A DNA stretch of 64,000 nucleotides from Vulcanimicrobiales bacterium (GCA_038215615.1 JBBQQR010000003.1:64001-128000), one strand, 5' to 3'; shown: positions 28,468-37,910, counted from the stretch's first letter. A program made the numbers and translations. The notes: generated by a model from the letters alone, not told the origin.

Positions 28468-29351
28468 CAGACGCTCCGCCTTAACGCCAGACGTACGGCG
28501 ACTATCAGCACCATCGCGATGAGCAGCAGTAAGAGCGCCATCGAAAAGAGCGAGTGATAGAGAATCGTGCCTTCCTGCGCACTGCCCATGTCCGTCACGA
28601 TCTCCGTCGTCAGCGCCGCGGTCGGTGCGAGCAAACCTTTAGGAAGCACGGCGCTGTTGCCAATGACCATTTGCACCGCGAGCGCCTCGCCAATCGCGCG
28701 GGCGATACCGAGAATCACCGCGACGGTCAGTCCGCTGCGCGCCGCGGGCAGCAGCACGTTCCAAATCGTTTGCCATCGCGTCGCACCTAGCGACATCGAG
28801 CCTTCCTGAATCGCAACCGGAACCGCGCGCAGCGCGTCTTCGGAAAGTGAAATAACCGTCGGCAAGATCATGATCGACAACACGATGCCCGCAGTCAGCA
28901 ACCCAAAGCCGGTTTGGCTGCCCACATGTTCGCGGACGAGAGGCACGAGCAGCGTCAGCCCCAGCCAGCCGTAAACAACCGACGGGATGCCGACCAAAAT
29001 TTCGATCGCCGGTTTCATCGCGTTTGCCAGGCGCTGAGGTGCTAACAGCGACAAGAAAATCCCGACTGCCACGCCGAGCGGCCCGCCTACGCCGATCGCA
29101 AACAGCGTGATGCTCACAGAACCTATAATAAAGACGAGCGCGCCCGGGTGCTTCTCATCTGGCGCAAAGTTCGGAGAAAAGAGAAATGTAAGCGGCGAGA
29201 CGTGGTCCACCAGGAACAGCTGCAGCCCCATGTACGCCAAATAGACGATCAGCGCGCCCATGGCGACGATCACAAAAGCGCTCGCCGAAAAAAGAGTCCC
29301 TGACGCGATCCGCTCTTCAGCGTGCGCGTATGCGGCCCGGCGCGAGATCAA
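28467..29351 (-). CDS. pstC: Phosphate ABC transporter permease
   Basis: GIPSVVYG, MILPTVISLSED, LGATRWQT, RAIGEALAVQMVIGN; SD AAGGAGG. Confidence 0.95.
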   Translation of the reverse strand: MISRRAAYAHAEERIASGTLFSASAFVIVAMGALIVYLAYMGLQLFLVDHVSPLTFLFSPNFAPDEKHPGALVFIIGSVSITLFAIGVGGPLGVAVGIFLSLLAPQRLANAMKPAIEILVGIPSVVYGWLGLTLLVPLVREHVGSQTGFGLLTAGIVLSIMILPTVISLSEDALRAVPVAIQEGSMSLGATRWQTIWNVLLPAARSGLTVAVILGIARAIGEALAVQMVIGNSAVLPKGLLAPTAALTTEIVTDMGSAQEGTILYHSLFSMALLLLLIAMVLIVAVRLALRRSV

Positions 29352-29360
29352 AGCCTCCTT

Positions 29361-29416
29361 ATGGTACGTAAAGGAAGTCTAAGGTTATCTTAAGGCTATC
29401 TTAAGAAGTATTAAGA
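29361..29416 (-). promoter_or_regulatory. Candidate Pho-box array plus -10 (TACCAT) for pstCAB
   Basis: ctaagg/ttaagg/ttaaga at 29379, 29390, 29401 (11-bp period), another at 29411; shares the TATCTTAAG core with the 26740 site. Confidence 0.75.
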
Positions 29417-30538
29417 AACGCGCGCTATCATGGGAATCCGGATCGTGAATTGCGTGCCCGCGTCGAGTACCGACTGCACATCAATCGTTCCTCCGTGCGT
29501 TTCGACGATCTGTTTTACGATGGAAAGGCCTAAACCGGCGCCGCTAATTCCGCGCGCCCGCGAGCGGTCCGCCACGAAAAATCGCTCGAAGATAAACGGC
29601 AGATCTTTGTACGGAATGCCGATGCCCGTATCGGAAAGAACGATACGCGCATAGCCGTCCTCGACGCCGAGATCTACCGTCACAGCCCCGCCTTCGGGCG
29701 TGAATCGCAGGCCGTTGTCAATCAGGTTCACGAGAATCTGGGAGAGCTGCTGTTCGTCGGCTTCCACGACGACCGGGCGATGCGCGCGCAATTCGAGCGA
29801 TATCTCCTTCGCGGCCGCCTGTTGCTCGAACGAGCGCAGCGCCGAACGCGCCACCCCCTCGAGATCGACCTCCTGGATGCGCAGCGCCGGAGTGCCCGAC
29901 TCCGCACGCGCCTGTTCCAAAAAGCGCTGCACGAGCGATGAGAGCCGATCGATCTCCGCAAGCGCCTGCGGAAGAAAATACGCGCTCGCGTCGTCATCAC
30001 CGCCTGCGACGAGCGTTTCGAGCATGAGTTTTACTGATGAAAGCGGAGTGCGCAGTTCGTGCGAAACGTTTGAAAGAAACTCTTGACGCGTTCGCTCTAA
30101 AGCCAATCGCTCGGTTTGATCTTCCGCGATGACGAGCGCGCCGGATATCTCGCCACTCTGCTCGTCGTCGCCGCGCAGCCCCGTTCGCAGGGGGTAGATC
30201 GAGACCGCATAACTGCGGTCGGTGCGTTTCCCGGAGACGATCAGCGGAGCCGCCGCCAAGGCTTCGCCGCCCAGCACGCCGTCGACGCGCCGCTCGAGTT
30301 CTATCGACGGAATGACTTCGATCAGATGCAGACCCTTTGCACGCGAACGGTCGAACCCGAAGATCGCTGCCGCCGCTCGATTGGCAAACCGCAAACGCTT
30401 AGTGCGCCGTAGCATCATGACCCCGAGCGGCAACGCCCGCACGAGCGCGTCGAAGCGATCGTCGAGGCGCGCTTCGTTACGTTCGGCGTCCTCCGGCTGC
30501 GGTTCGGGCGACGCGCGCGATCGTCTGAACCAGCGGAT
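29411..30538 (-). CDS. phoR: PhoR-like PAS sensor histidine kinase without TM segments (start uncertain: ATC 30538 or GTG 30442)
   Basis: [12 protein letters not shown]-box, NLIDNG, DTGIGI, FERFF, GAGLGL; adjacent to the pst genes. Confidence 0.85.
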   Translation of the reverse strand: MRWFRRSRASPEPQPEDAERNEARLDDRFDALVRALPLGVMMLRRTKRLRFANRAAAAIFGFDRSRAKGLHLIEVIPSIELERRVDGVLGGEALAAAPLIVSGKRTDRSYAVSIYPLRTGLRGDDEQSGEISGALVIAEDQTERLALERTRQEFLSNVSHELRTPLSSVKLMLETLVAGGDDDASAYFLPQALAEIDRLSSLVQRFLEQARAESGTPALRIQEVDLEGVARSALRSFEQQAAAKEISLELRAHRPVVVEADEQQLSQILVNLIDNGLRFTPEGGAVTVDLGVEDGYARIVLSDTGIGIPYKDLPFIFERFFVADRSRARGISGAGLGLSIVKQIVETHGGTIDVQSVLDAGTQFTIRIPMIARVS

Positions 30539-30542
30539 GCTC

Positions 30543-31277
30543 TTACTCCTTGAAGATGTAGCCGCGGCTGCGCACGGTCACGATATGGCGCGGACTGCGC
30601 GCGTCTTCTTCAATTTTTTCGCGCAGCCAGCGGACGTGGACGCTGACGGTTTGCTGCTCGCCTTCGAAGTCGTAGCCCCATACCTTATCGAGCAATATCT
30701 GGCGCGTGACGACGCGGCCGTGATTTTCCATCAGCGCACGGAGCAGCGCAAACTCCTTCGGTGCCAGCGCGACTTCTTTGCCGCGCACCGTCACGTGCTG
30801 GCGCGACGGATCCAGCACGATGCCGCCCAGCACGATTGCCTGATCGCGATCCGGTTTCGGCGGAGTAGGGCGCCGCAGCCGCGCTTTAACCCGCGCGAGA
30901 AATTCGTGCAGCGCAAATGGCTTGGTGACGTAATCGTCCGCCCCGAGCTCCAAGGCCAGCACCTTGTCGATTTCCTGATCCTTTGCGGTCAGCATGATAA
31001 TGGGAACGGAACTCGTCTTGCGGATTTCCTTGCAGGCTTCCATGCCGTCGAGAACCGGCAGCATGATATCCAAGACAATAAGGTCCGGCTCTTCGTTTTG
31101 CGCCATCGCGATCGCGGTGCGACCGTCGCTTGCGGTCAAAACTTCGTAGCCGCTGCGCTCGAGATTGTACCGCAGCGTTTGCAATATCGCAGCCTCATCG
31201 TCAACGACGAGGATTTTTTTGTTGAAGTCGGGATGCTTGTTGAAGCTTCCCCGTTTGGTCGGCAGAGTAGTGCTCAT
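30543..31277 (-). CDS. phoB: OmpR/PhoB family response regulator
   Basis: ILVVDDE, LDIMLP, GADDYVTKPF, wHTH VSVHVRWLREKIE, TVRSRGY; start at MSTTL after GGAG. Confidence 0.85.
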   Translation of the reverse strand: MSTTLPTKRGSFNKHPDFNKKILVVDDEAAILQTLRYNLERSGYEVLTASDGRTAIAMAQNEEPDLIVLDIMLPVLDGMEACKEIRKTSSVPIIMLTAKDQEIDKVLALELGADDYVTKPFALHEFLARVKARLRRPTPPKPDRDQAIVLGGIVLDPSRQHVTVRGKEVALAPKEFALLRALMENHGRVVTRQILLDKVWGYDFEGEQQTVSVHVRWLREKIEEDARSPRHIVTVRSRGYIFKE

Positions 31278-31341
31278 CCTAGTCTCCGGCATGATTTGGC
31301 GGCCCTCAATCCAATCTTCCTTTAGGCAAGGGGGAGCGAGC

Positions 31342-32250
31342 ATGCTAGCACCGGTCCGCCGACCGACATTTGACGAACTGAACCTTTCGACCGGAAAGCG
31401 CGTGCGGCTGCATCGTTTTATGTACGAGCACGGTCCGGCCAACGGCACGCTGATGCTTCTGCCGATCGATCAGGGACTCGAACACGGCCCGATTGACTTC
31501 TTCAGCAACCCGGAATCCATCGATACCGACTGGATCTACCGCCTGGCGGTCGCGGGCAATTTCTCGGGTATCGCGCTGCATGTCGGGCTGGCCGAGAAGT
31601 ACCACAAGCCGTATGCCGGCAAAGTTCCGCTGATCCTCAAGATCAACGGCAAAACGAACGTTCCCAGCGACGACGAAGCCTTCAGTTCGCTGACGGCATC
31701 GGTCGAAGACGCGGTGCGCCTGGGTGCGGATGGGGTCGGGTACACGCTCTACGTCGGAAGTCCGGCGCAAGACGTGGATATCGCGCAGTGCGGCGAAGTG
31801 CGCCGCGACTGCGAGCGTTACGGTATGCCGCTGGTCATTTGGGCCTATCCGCGCGGTTCGGGGATCAAAGCCAAGGGCGGTATCGATTCGCTCTACGCCG
31901 TCGACTATGCGGCGCGCGTAGCATGCGAAATGGGCGCCGACGTCATCAAACTCAACGTGCCGAAGTGGGATGCCGCCACGGCCAAAGCGGAGCCGAAACC
32001 CTACGACACGCTGGAGTTGTCAGAGCTCGATGGACTGCGCAAAGTCGTGAAGTCGGCCGGACGCTCTCTCGTATTGGTTTCAGGCGGAAGCAAAATGGGC
32101 GACGAGGATACTATTCACAAAGCGCAGATCGCGATGGAAGCCGGCTGCGTGGGTTTGATCTTCGGACGCAACATGTGGCAGAGGGATTGGGACGATGCGC
32201 TGTTGGTTGCCGGGAAAATGCACGGACTGATGAAAGGTTATGGCCAGTAA
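31342..32250 (+). CDS. fbaB: Class I fructose-bisphosphate aldolase (FbaB/DhnA type)
   Basis: LPIDQGLEHGP, LKING, GYTLYVGS, WAYPRG, GADVIK, IFGRNMWQR. Confidence 0.9.
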   Translation: MLAPVRRPTFDELNLSTGKRVRLHRFMYEHGPANGTLMLLPIDQGLEHGPIDFFSNPESIDTDWIYRLAVAGNFSGIALHVGLAEKYHKPYAGKVPLILKINGKTNVPSDDEAFSSLTASVEDAVRLGADGVGYTLYVGSPAQDVDIAQCGEVRRDCERYGMPLVIWAYPRGSGIKAKGGIDSLYAVDYAARVACEMGADVIKLNVPKWDAATAKAEPKPYDTLELSELDGLRKVVKSAGRSLVLVSGGSKMGDEDTIHKAQIAMEAGCVGLIFGRNMWQRDWDDALLVAGKMHGLMKGYGQ

Positions 32251-32473
32251 CAGCCTCGAGGAGCGCGTCAACATCGCGCTCGACAAAGTCCGCCCCGGCA
32301 TACATATGGACGGCGGCGAAGTCTGGCTCATCAAAGTCGAAAACGAAACCGCATTCGTGCAAATGCTCGGCGCGTGCGGGGGATGTCCCGCGTCAAACAT
32401 GACGTTAAAGGGCGCGATCGAACAGGTCGTTTGCGCCGACGTTCCGGAGATAAAGGAAGTCGTCCAGGTCTAG
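32240..32473 (+). CDS. NifU/NfuA C-terminal domain Fe-S scaffold protein
   Basis: VRPGIHMDGG, GACGGCPAS, TLKGAIE. Confidence 0.92.
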   Translation: MASNSLEERVNIALDKVRPGIHMDGGEVWLIKVENETAFVQMLGACGGCPASNMTLKGAIEQVVCADVPEIKEVVQV

Positions 32474-32727
32474 GCGGCGTGCCCAAAGGCTCCGGCGAGC
32501 CCTAAATTGTGCTCGTTCGCAAAGCGCGTTGCGAGCGCAACCGACTCGTCGTCGACGTCTATGATTTCGATGCCGACGATTTCACCCTGAGCATCGTAAT
32601 CCACGTTTACCGAACCTTCGTCGTCCAGGCTAGTCGTTGGCCGAACTATGTTTCCATAACTGTAGCGGAGGTATAGGCAGACAACCCCGCTGTCAGAACT
32701 ACGCTCGACGTCGACAACCGACCTCAT
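32470..32727 (-). CDS. DUF2283 family protein (predicted antitoxin-like partner)
   Basis: LYLRY...VNVDYDAQGEIVGIEII; ATGA-coupled to the DUF4258 gene. Confidence 0.75.
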   Translation of the reverse strand: MRSVVDVERSSDSGVVCLYLRYSYGNIVRPTTSLDDEGSVNVDYDAQGEIVGIEIIDVDDESVALATRFANEHNLGLAGAFGHAA

Positions 32728-32954
32728 CTGTGTTCACTCCGCCAGGCCACAGTAAAAACGATGATTTTCCCGTTCCGGAGCCGCTCAACGGTTACTCGGA
32801 TAGCCGCGGCCCCTTGTCCTCCCCAGAGATTACGTCGTCCGTTCTTCCCCGGCAACTCGAGGCTCCAGTTTCGAACCACGTCGTAAACTTCTTGAGGCGA
32901 TATTCCCCGTTCCCTCATTTGCCGGCGCGCATGAGGAGTAAAGATAATTCGCAT
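32724..32954 (-). CDS. DUF4258 family protein (RelE-like predicted toxin)
   Basis: IFTPHARRQMRERGIS...IRV...IIVFTV. Confidence 0.8.
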   Translation of the reverse strand: MRIIFTPHARRQMRERGISPQEVYDVVRNWSLELPGKNGRRNLWGGQGAAAIRVTVERLRNGKIIVFTVAWRSEHR

Positions 32955-33034
32955 GCATATCGATCACGCGATCGCAGCTGGCTGGAAAGGGTGGCAAAAT
33001 CATCAAATCTGTCCGGCTCTCTCTGTCCGGCTTT

Positions 33035-33964
33035 CTAGGATGGTGCCCAGAACCGCGGCCACTCGAGAGAGATTGCCGCTTCGTATAGCCGTTCGATATC
33101 CTCAGCGCCGAAAAGCATGCTAGCCTTGCCGTGCACTTTCGCGCGCAAAACGGCCTGATTGCGGCGGAGCAGCCGGTCGATAAACATCCCTTCCGGCAGC
33201 CAATCCGATTTAGCGCTGTTGCATTCGGCACAACTCAGCACTAAGTCCCAGATGGGATCTTCGAGCAGGAAACTCCACGGGATAACATGATCGACAACTG
33301 CGCCGCGAGCGTCTTCGAGGCCCTCGCCGCAGTAGAAACACGCCTGTGGACTATCCTCGGTTAGAATTCTGAGATATGGAACGAGTGAGCCGCGCCGGGC
33401 CCCATCTCGAGAAACTTTTTGAATGATTTTTGGAGCAAGCCGATTACAGCCTTCAAGAAACGTCGCCCAATGATAGTTAGCTATGAGCTCTAACACGCCA
33501 CTATTTTCGCGCAGAAACTTGTGAGCTTCCGCGCTGAGGGCGATCCGCGCTTCGCCTTTGCTCCAATCGAAAAGTCGCGGCATACCGGCCGGCTTGCTCG
33601 CATGGAAAGCCGCCAACACATTGATTGTCAGAATCCCGGCCATTCTTGCGCGGATTTTACTCCTGCCGGCCTCCGGCAGATCGGGAAAACTTCTCATTCC
33701 ATAATCACTTGCGATTCGGGAAATGAGTCGAATGACTTCGGCCTCACGACTAACCGATGCAGCTTGACGCAGGTGATAGACGACCACCTGGTTCCAATAC
33801 ATCCTCGCAAATTCTTCGCCGAGATCTTCGAGCGAAATCGCTAAATTGTCGGACCGTTTGGCGATTCGCGCCAAAGCCTTTAACAGTGCCGGTTTGTAAG
33901 TTGCGGACATGACGGCATGCCGCATCAGCGCGACTATGTCTGAAACAAGAAAGATCGCAGTCAC
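33035..33964 (-). CDS. HNH endonuclease with N-terminal helical domain (McrA/type IV restriction-like)
   Basis: TYKPALLKAL N-terminal motif; CFYC...DHVIPWS...LVLSCAECNSAKSD; codons richer in A/T than the flanks. Confidence 0.8.
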   Translation of the reverse strand: MTAIFLVSDIVALMRHAVMSATYKPALLKALARIAKRSDNLAISLEDLGEEFARMYWNQVVVYHLRQAASVSREAEVIRLISRIASDYGMRSFPDLPEAGRSKIRARMAGILTINVLAAFHASKPAGMPRLFDWSKGEARIALSAEAHKFLRENSGVLELIANYHWATFLEGCNRLAPKIIQKVSRDGARRGSLVPYLRILTEDSPQACFYCGEGLEDARGAVVDHVIPWSFLLEDPIWDLVLSCAECNSAKSDWLPEGMFIDRLLRRNQAVLRAKVHGKASMLFGAEDIERLYEAAISLEWPRFWAPS

Positions 33965-33965
33965 T

Positions 33966-34805
33966 TCAGAGTGGCGGAATCGACCGAAGCCACGCTTCGT
34001 TTTTTTGTTCTGCGGCGACGCGCGCGCGAACGGCTGGAATGAGCGGCGTACCTAGCGCCATTCGCAACGAACGAATTTCTTGCGCTTTCCGCGTGTCCCG
34101 TTCTCTCCACGCCTGCGACGCGAGCTCCGGCCACAAGCACACGCTGCCGGAGATGCAGCCGGCAAAGCCTTCGGAAATAACCTCCGGCAGCAGTTCTTCC
34201 GAGCCCGGCAGAATGGCGAATTCCGGGTAGCGCGTATGCAGCTCGCGTTCGAGCGCAAGATCGTTCGAGCTGTCCTTCATGCCGCCGATAATTCCGGGGA
34301 ATTGCGCCAGCAGCCGACCCACGAGGCCGGCATGAAACGTAATGCCGCTCATTCGCGGAAAGTTATACAAGAAGACCGCGCCCGCGGGCGGTTCCGTGCG
34401 TTGAAATAGCGCGTCAAAGAATTGCACGACGCCGTCTTCCGAAATATCCCGATAATAGAACGGCGGGATGATCAGCGCTGCGTTGAAGCCGAACCGGAAT
34501 GCGGCGCGCGTGAGCGATACGGCATCATGCAGTGCCGTCGCTCCGGTCCCCACCATGAGCCGTTCGCGCGGCAGATCGCGCGCAACCGTTTCCATGAACT
34601 GCAGCCGGTGCGAAACGGATAACGACATCGCCTCGCCGGTCGTACCTAAAATGTTGAGCCCGTCGCACCCACGAGCCAGCAGCGAGCGATAATAAGGGAG
34701 CGCGAGCACCACATCGGGTTTGTGATCCCGACCGAAAGGCGTTAGTGTGGCTGAATAGATGCCGTGAATGCGACGATCTCGTGTTTTTCGCGGTGGTTTG
34801 TCCAA
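33966..34805 (-). CDS. Dihydrodipicolinate synthase/NAL family aldolase (start uncertain)
   Basis: GIYSATLTPF, GTTGEA, PPFYY, LYNFP, GMKDSS Schiff-base Lys. Confidence 0.85.
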   Translation of the reverse strand: MDKPPRKTRDRRIHGIYSATLTPFGRDHKPDVVLALPYYRSLLARGCDGLNILGTTGEAMSLSVSHRLQFMETVARDLPRERLMVGTGATALHDAVSLTRAAFRFGFNAALIIPPFYYRDISEDGVVQFFDALFQRTEPPAGAVFLYNFPRMSGITFHAGLVGRLLAQFPGIIGGMKDSSNDLALERELHTRYPEFAILPGSEELLPEVISEGFAGCISGSVCLWPELASQAWRERDTRKAQEIRSLRMALGTPLIPAVRARVAAEQKNEAWLRSIPPL

Positions 34806-35401
34806 AAGCGGCGCCCGTCCCAGGCCAGCCCGCGCGCCTTGAACGGCACGCGCGCGACGTCCTCCGCAACGGCGTGGCCGTTGCGCGCGTCGATGCGTGT
34901 CAAGAAATAGTCGTCCTGCTCTTCGTCGTCGGTCGTCATCAAGTAGAAGCAGCCTTCAACGATCACCAGTCCGCAGATATCATGCGGCGTCGGGATCGTC
35001 GTGCCTGGATGGCCGGCATCGTCGAGCGAGATGATCTTGCGGTTGTAAAACTGGCTGACATAAAGCAGGTCGCCGTCATAGCCCAAAAACGAACCGGTGT
35101 CGCCGGGGCACGGGATCGCGCCTTCTTTCTTAAAGCCATGGCCCGGCACAAACTTGCGAATGATACGGTGATCCTCGTCGGTTTCACCGCATACGACGCG
35201 CAATTCGTCGCCGAGCGCCGTCATGCCATACGGTTTCCCCGGCGCTTGACTCTCCTCGCGCACGCTCCACGTGCGCGAATCGATCGCGTAGATCCGTTGG
35301 GTTTCGCGCGATCCCACCCACAGCAACTCGCCGTCGAACGCGATCCCATGTGGCGCGGGAGCCGGGGAGGGCCTCCGCGAGACTTCTTCTATTGTTTCCA
35401 C
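34742..35401 (-). CDS. Beta-propeller protein (YncE/glutaminyl cyclase-like repeats)
   Basis: Repeated GIAFDGELLWV / LGYDGDLLYV / GLAWDGRRFW blades; GTG start right after the gdh stop. Confidence 0.7.
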   Translation of the reverse strand: METIEEVSRRPSPAPAPHGIAFDGELLWVGSRETQRIYAIDSRTWSVREESQAPGKPYGMTALGDELRVVCGETDEDHRIIRKFVPGHGFKKEGAIPCPGDTGSFLGYDGDLLYVSQFYNRKIISLDDAGHPGTTIPTPHDICGLVIVEGCFYLMTTDDEEQDDYFLTRIDARNGHAVAEDVARVPFKARGLAWDGRRFWTNHREKHEIVAFTASIQPH

Positions 35402-35402
35402 G

Positions 35403-36674
35403 CTACGGGTAGAGTCCGCGAAGTTTGGTTGCTTCGGCCACGCGCGCGACGGCAACAGCATAGGCGCCGCGGCGCATATCGATTCCGTGGCGCTGCGACT
35501 GATCGTGCGTTTCATTGAACGCGCGCACCATCTTGCGCTTGAGGCGCTCGTTGATTTCGTCTTCTTCCCAGAAGTTTTCTTGGAGATCTTGAACCCATTC
35601 GAAATACGAAACACTGACGCCGCCGGCGTTGGCCAGAATGTCGGGCAGTACCATGATGCCGCGTTCGAAGAGAATCGCGTCCGCGTCGGGCATCGTCGGA
35701 CCGTTAGCCGCTTCAGCCACAATTTTGGCCCGAATGCGCGCCGCGTTATCCTTGGTGATTACTTTTTCGAGCGCGGCCGGAACGAGCACGTCGCAATCGT
35801 ATTCGAGCACTTCTTTATTGTTGATCCGCTCGCCGCCGGTGAACCCGACGACTGAGCCCGTTTCAGCTTTGTGAGCCATGATGCCGGCTACGTCGAGGCC
35901 CTTCGGATTGGCGACTCCGCCTTTCGAATCCGTCACGGCGACAATGGAATATCCGCGCTGCGACATGAGCTCGGCGGCGTACATGCCGGCGTTTCCAAAA
36001 CCTTGTACGGCAACGCGCGCGCCTTCGATGGCCAAGCCGAGCGTCCGCATGGCTTCGTCGACCACGAAGAGGCAACCGCGCGCGGTTGCTTTGTCGCGCC
36101 CGAGCGATCCCCCGATCGCGATTGGTTTGCCGGTGACGACGCCGGGCACGGAGTAGCCTTTCTGCATCGAAAAGGTGTCCATGATCCACGCCATGATCTG
36201 GGGCGTCGTGTAGACGTCGGGCGCGGGAATATCTTTTTCGGGGCCGATGATGATAGAAATCTCGCTCGTAAAGCGCCGCGTGAGATTCTCTAATTCTTGC
36301 ATCGACATCGTACGCGGGTCGCAGATGACGCCGCCCTTGGCTCCGCCGAATGGAATATTGACGAGCGCGCACTTCCAGGTCATCCACATCGCCAGCGCTT
36401 TGACTTCGTCCAGCGTCACATCCGGGTGGAAGCGAATGCCGCCCTTGGTCGGCCCGCGCGACATGTTGTGCTGCACGCGAAAGCCTTTGAAAATCTTGGT
36501 CGGGCCGGTATCCATACGTACCGGCACGGATACTTCTAGAATCCGTTTGGGCTCGCGCAAAAATCCGTGCATCGATTCGTTCAGCCCGATCAACCGCGCC
36601 ACGTCGTCGAGCTGGTGCTGAGCCATCTGCCACACATTTTCGGATGACGAAACGGCAGAGAGATCCAAGGTCAT
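35403..36674 (-). CDS. gdhA: Glu/Leu/Phe/Val dehydrogenase, probably glutamate dehydrogenase
   Basis: GPTKGGIRF, MTWKCA, GGAKGG, DIPAPD, QGFGNAG, EAANGP, ANAGGVSVSYFEW. Confidence 0.93.
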   Translation of the reverse strand: MTLDLSAVSSSENVWQMAQHQLDDVARLIGLNESMHGFLREPKRILEVSVPVRMDTGPTKIFKGFRVQHNMSRGPTKGGIRFHPDVTLDEVKALAMWMTWKCALVNIPFGGAKGGVICDPRTMSMQELENLTRRFTSEISIIIGPEKDIPAPDVYTTPQIMAWIMDTFSMQKGYSVPGVVTGKPIAIGGSLGRDKATARGCLFVVDEAMRTLGLAIEGARVAVQGFGNAGMYAAELMSQRGYSIVAVTDSKGGVANPKGLDVAGIMAHKAETGSVVGFTGGERINNKEVLEYDCDVLVPAALEKVITKDNAARIRAKIVAEAANGPTMPDADAILFERGIMVLPDILANAGGVSVSYFEWVQDLQENFWEEDEINERLKRKMVRAFNETHDQSQRHGIDMRRGAYAVAVARVAEATKLRGLYP

Positions 36675-36693
36675 GCTTTTAGAGCCTCCAGAA

Positions 36694-36930
36694 TTAGTGC
36701 GCGTGCGCGCAGCGCCCGCAATACCAAACGACCGCGCCTTCGACCGTGACCGGGACCATGTGCTCGCGCACTCCGCGGCGTCCGCATCGCGCGCATGAGT
36801 ACGTTTTACCGATGGGCGCTGCCACATGCTTCTCGCCGCGGGTCCATACGTACGCGACCACGAGAATCGCGCCTAGAACCACGAACGGCGTCCACGCGAA
36901 AAACTCGGCGATTACCTGCGACGAAATCAT
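36694..36930 (-). CDS. Small membrane protein with a C-terminal zinc ribbon
   Basis: One TM helix, then CARC...CGRC. Confidence 0.65.
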   Translation of the reverse strand: MISSQVIAEFFAWTPFVVLGAILVVAYVWTRGEKHVAAPIGKTYSCARCGRRGVREHMVPVTVEGAVVWYCGRCAHAH

Positions 36931-36977
36931 GCGACTCAGGGGTTTCGCTCTGTTGTCTTCGCTTTTCCTTGAAAGCG

Positions 36978-37910
36978 CTAACCGCCGGCGGGATGCCTAG
37001 GCCCGCCCCGGCATCCCGCCGGCGGTGCGCGCATGCGGCGGGAGATTGGGAAGACGTCGTCGACCTTTTTGAAGGCGCCTTCATGGGGCGTGGAGTGCAG
37101 CGATTCGGCCGAGCTCAAGCAGATGAAACCGAAGCGCGAAAGGCTTTGCAAAAATAGATTGTGGACGCGGTACTGCAGCGTCTTGTTGAATTGCGGTAAG
37201 ACGCCACGCGCGACGATCACGTGGAATTCATTGAGGGAAGCGTCGGTGGCCAAGCTGTGCGTCGCGAAAATCAGGTTGCACTTGAGCGCCTCGTTGAATG
37301 TCACTTGACCGTCGGCATATTCGCAGAAGTCCGAAACGGATTTCCGGCCGCCGCTTAACAGGTAGTCGTTCGAAAACTGTTCGTACGAAGGGATATCGAA
37401 GATGCCTTCGCGCGCTTGCGCGAGCGCGAGGTCGCTGAGATCGGTGGCATACAGCATGCACCGGTCGAGGAGCTCTTCTTCAAAGAGGATCGCAAGCACG
37501 GTGTAGACGTCTTCGCCGGTCCAACACGCCGGAAACCACAGCCGCGCGAAGGAGTACGTTCGAAGAAATGTCACCACGCGCTGCCGGATTGCGCGAAAGT
37601 ATTCCGGCGCGCGAAATAGCTGGTTACTATTGGTGGACATTGCGCACACGAAACGGCGAAGGGCCTCTTCGTCGTGCAGAAAGCGTTCTTGGAGGCCCGA
37701 AATCGTTTGAACTTTTTCGGCGCGCATGCGCTCGGCGACGCGGCGCTTGAGCGTGGCGGCGCTGTAGTCGCGAAAGTCATAGCCGCGCCAGCGCAGCATC
37801 GCATCGAGCAGTAGGGAGAGCTCGATGCTCGCTAGCTCGTCCGCATGATTGCGACCGGCGGGCGGCGGGGGTGCCGCCAGCCGCTCGTCGATAATCACCG
37901 GTTGAGCCAT
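36978..37910 (-). CDS. CheR-family protein-glutamate methyltransferase (divergent motifs)
   Basis: [39 protein letters not shown]; overlaps the kinase 3' end. Confidence 0.85.
   Translation of the reverse strand: MAQPVIIDERLAAPPPPAGRNHADELASIELSLLLDAMLRWRGYDFRDYSAATLKRRVAERMRAEKVQTISGLQERFLHDEEALRRFVCAMSTNSNQLFRAPEYFRAIRQRVVTFLRTYSFARLWFPACWTGEDVYTVLAILFEEELLDRCMLYATDLSDLALAQAREGIFDIPSYEQFSNDYLLSGGRKSVSDFCEYADGQVTFNEALKCNLIFATHSLATDASLNEFHVIVARGVLPQFNKTLQYRVHNLFLQSLSRFGFICLSSAESLHSTPHEGAFKKVDDVFPISRRMRAPPAGCRGGPRHPAGG
36981..37026. repeat. Perfect 17-bp inverted repeat within the last codons of cheR
   Basis: accgccggcgggatgcc / ggcatcccgccggcggt with a 12-nt loop. Confidence 0.85.
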
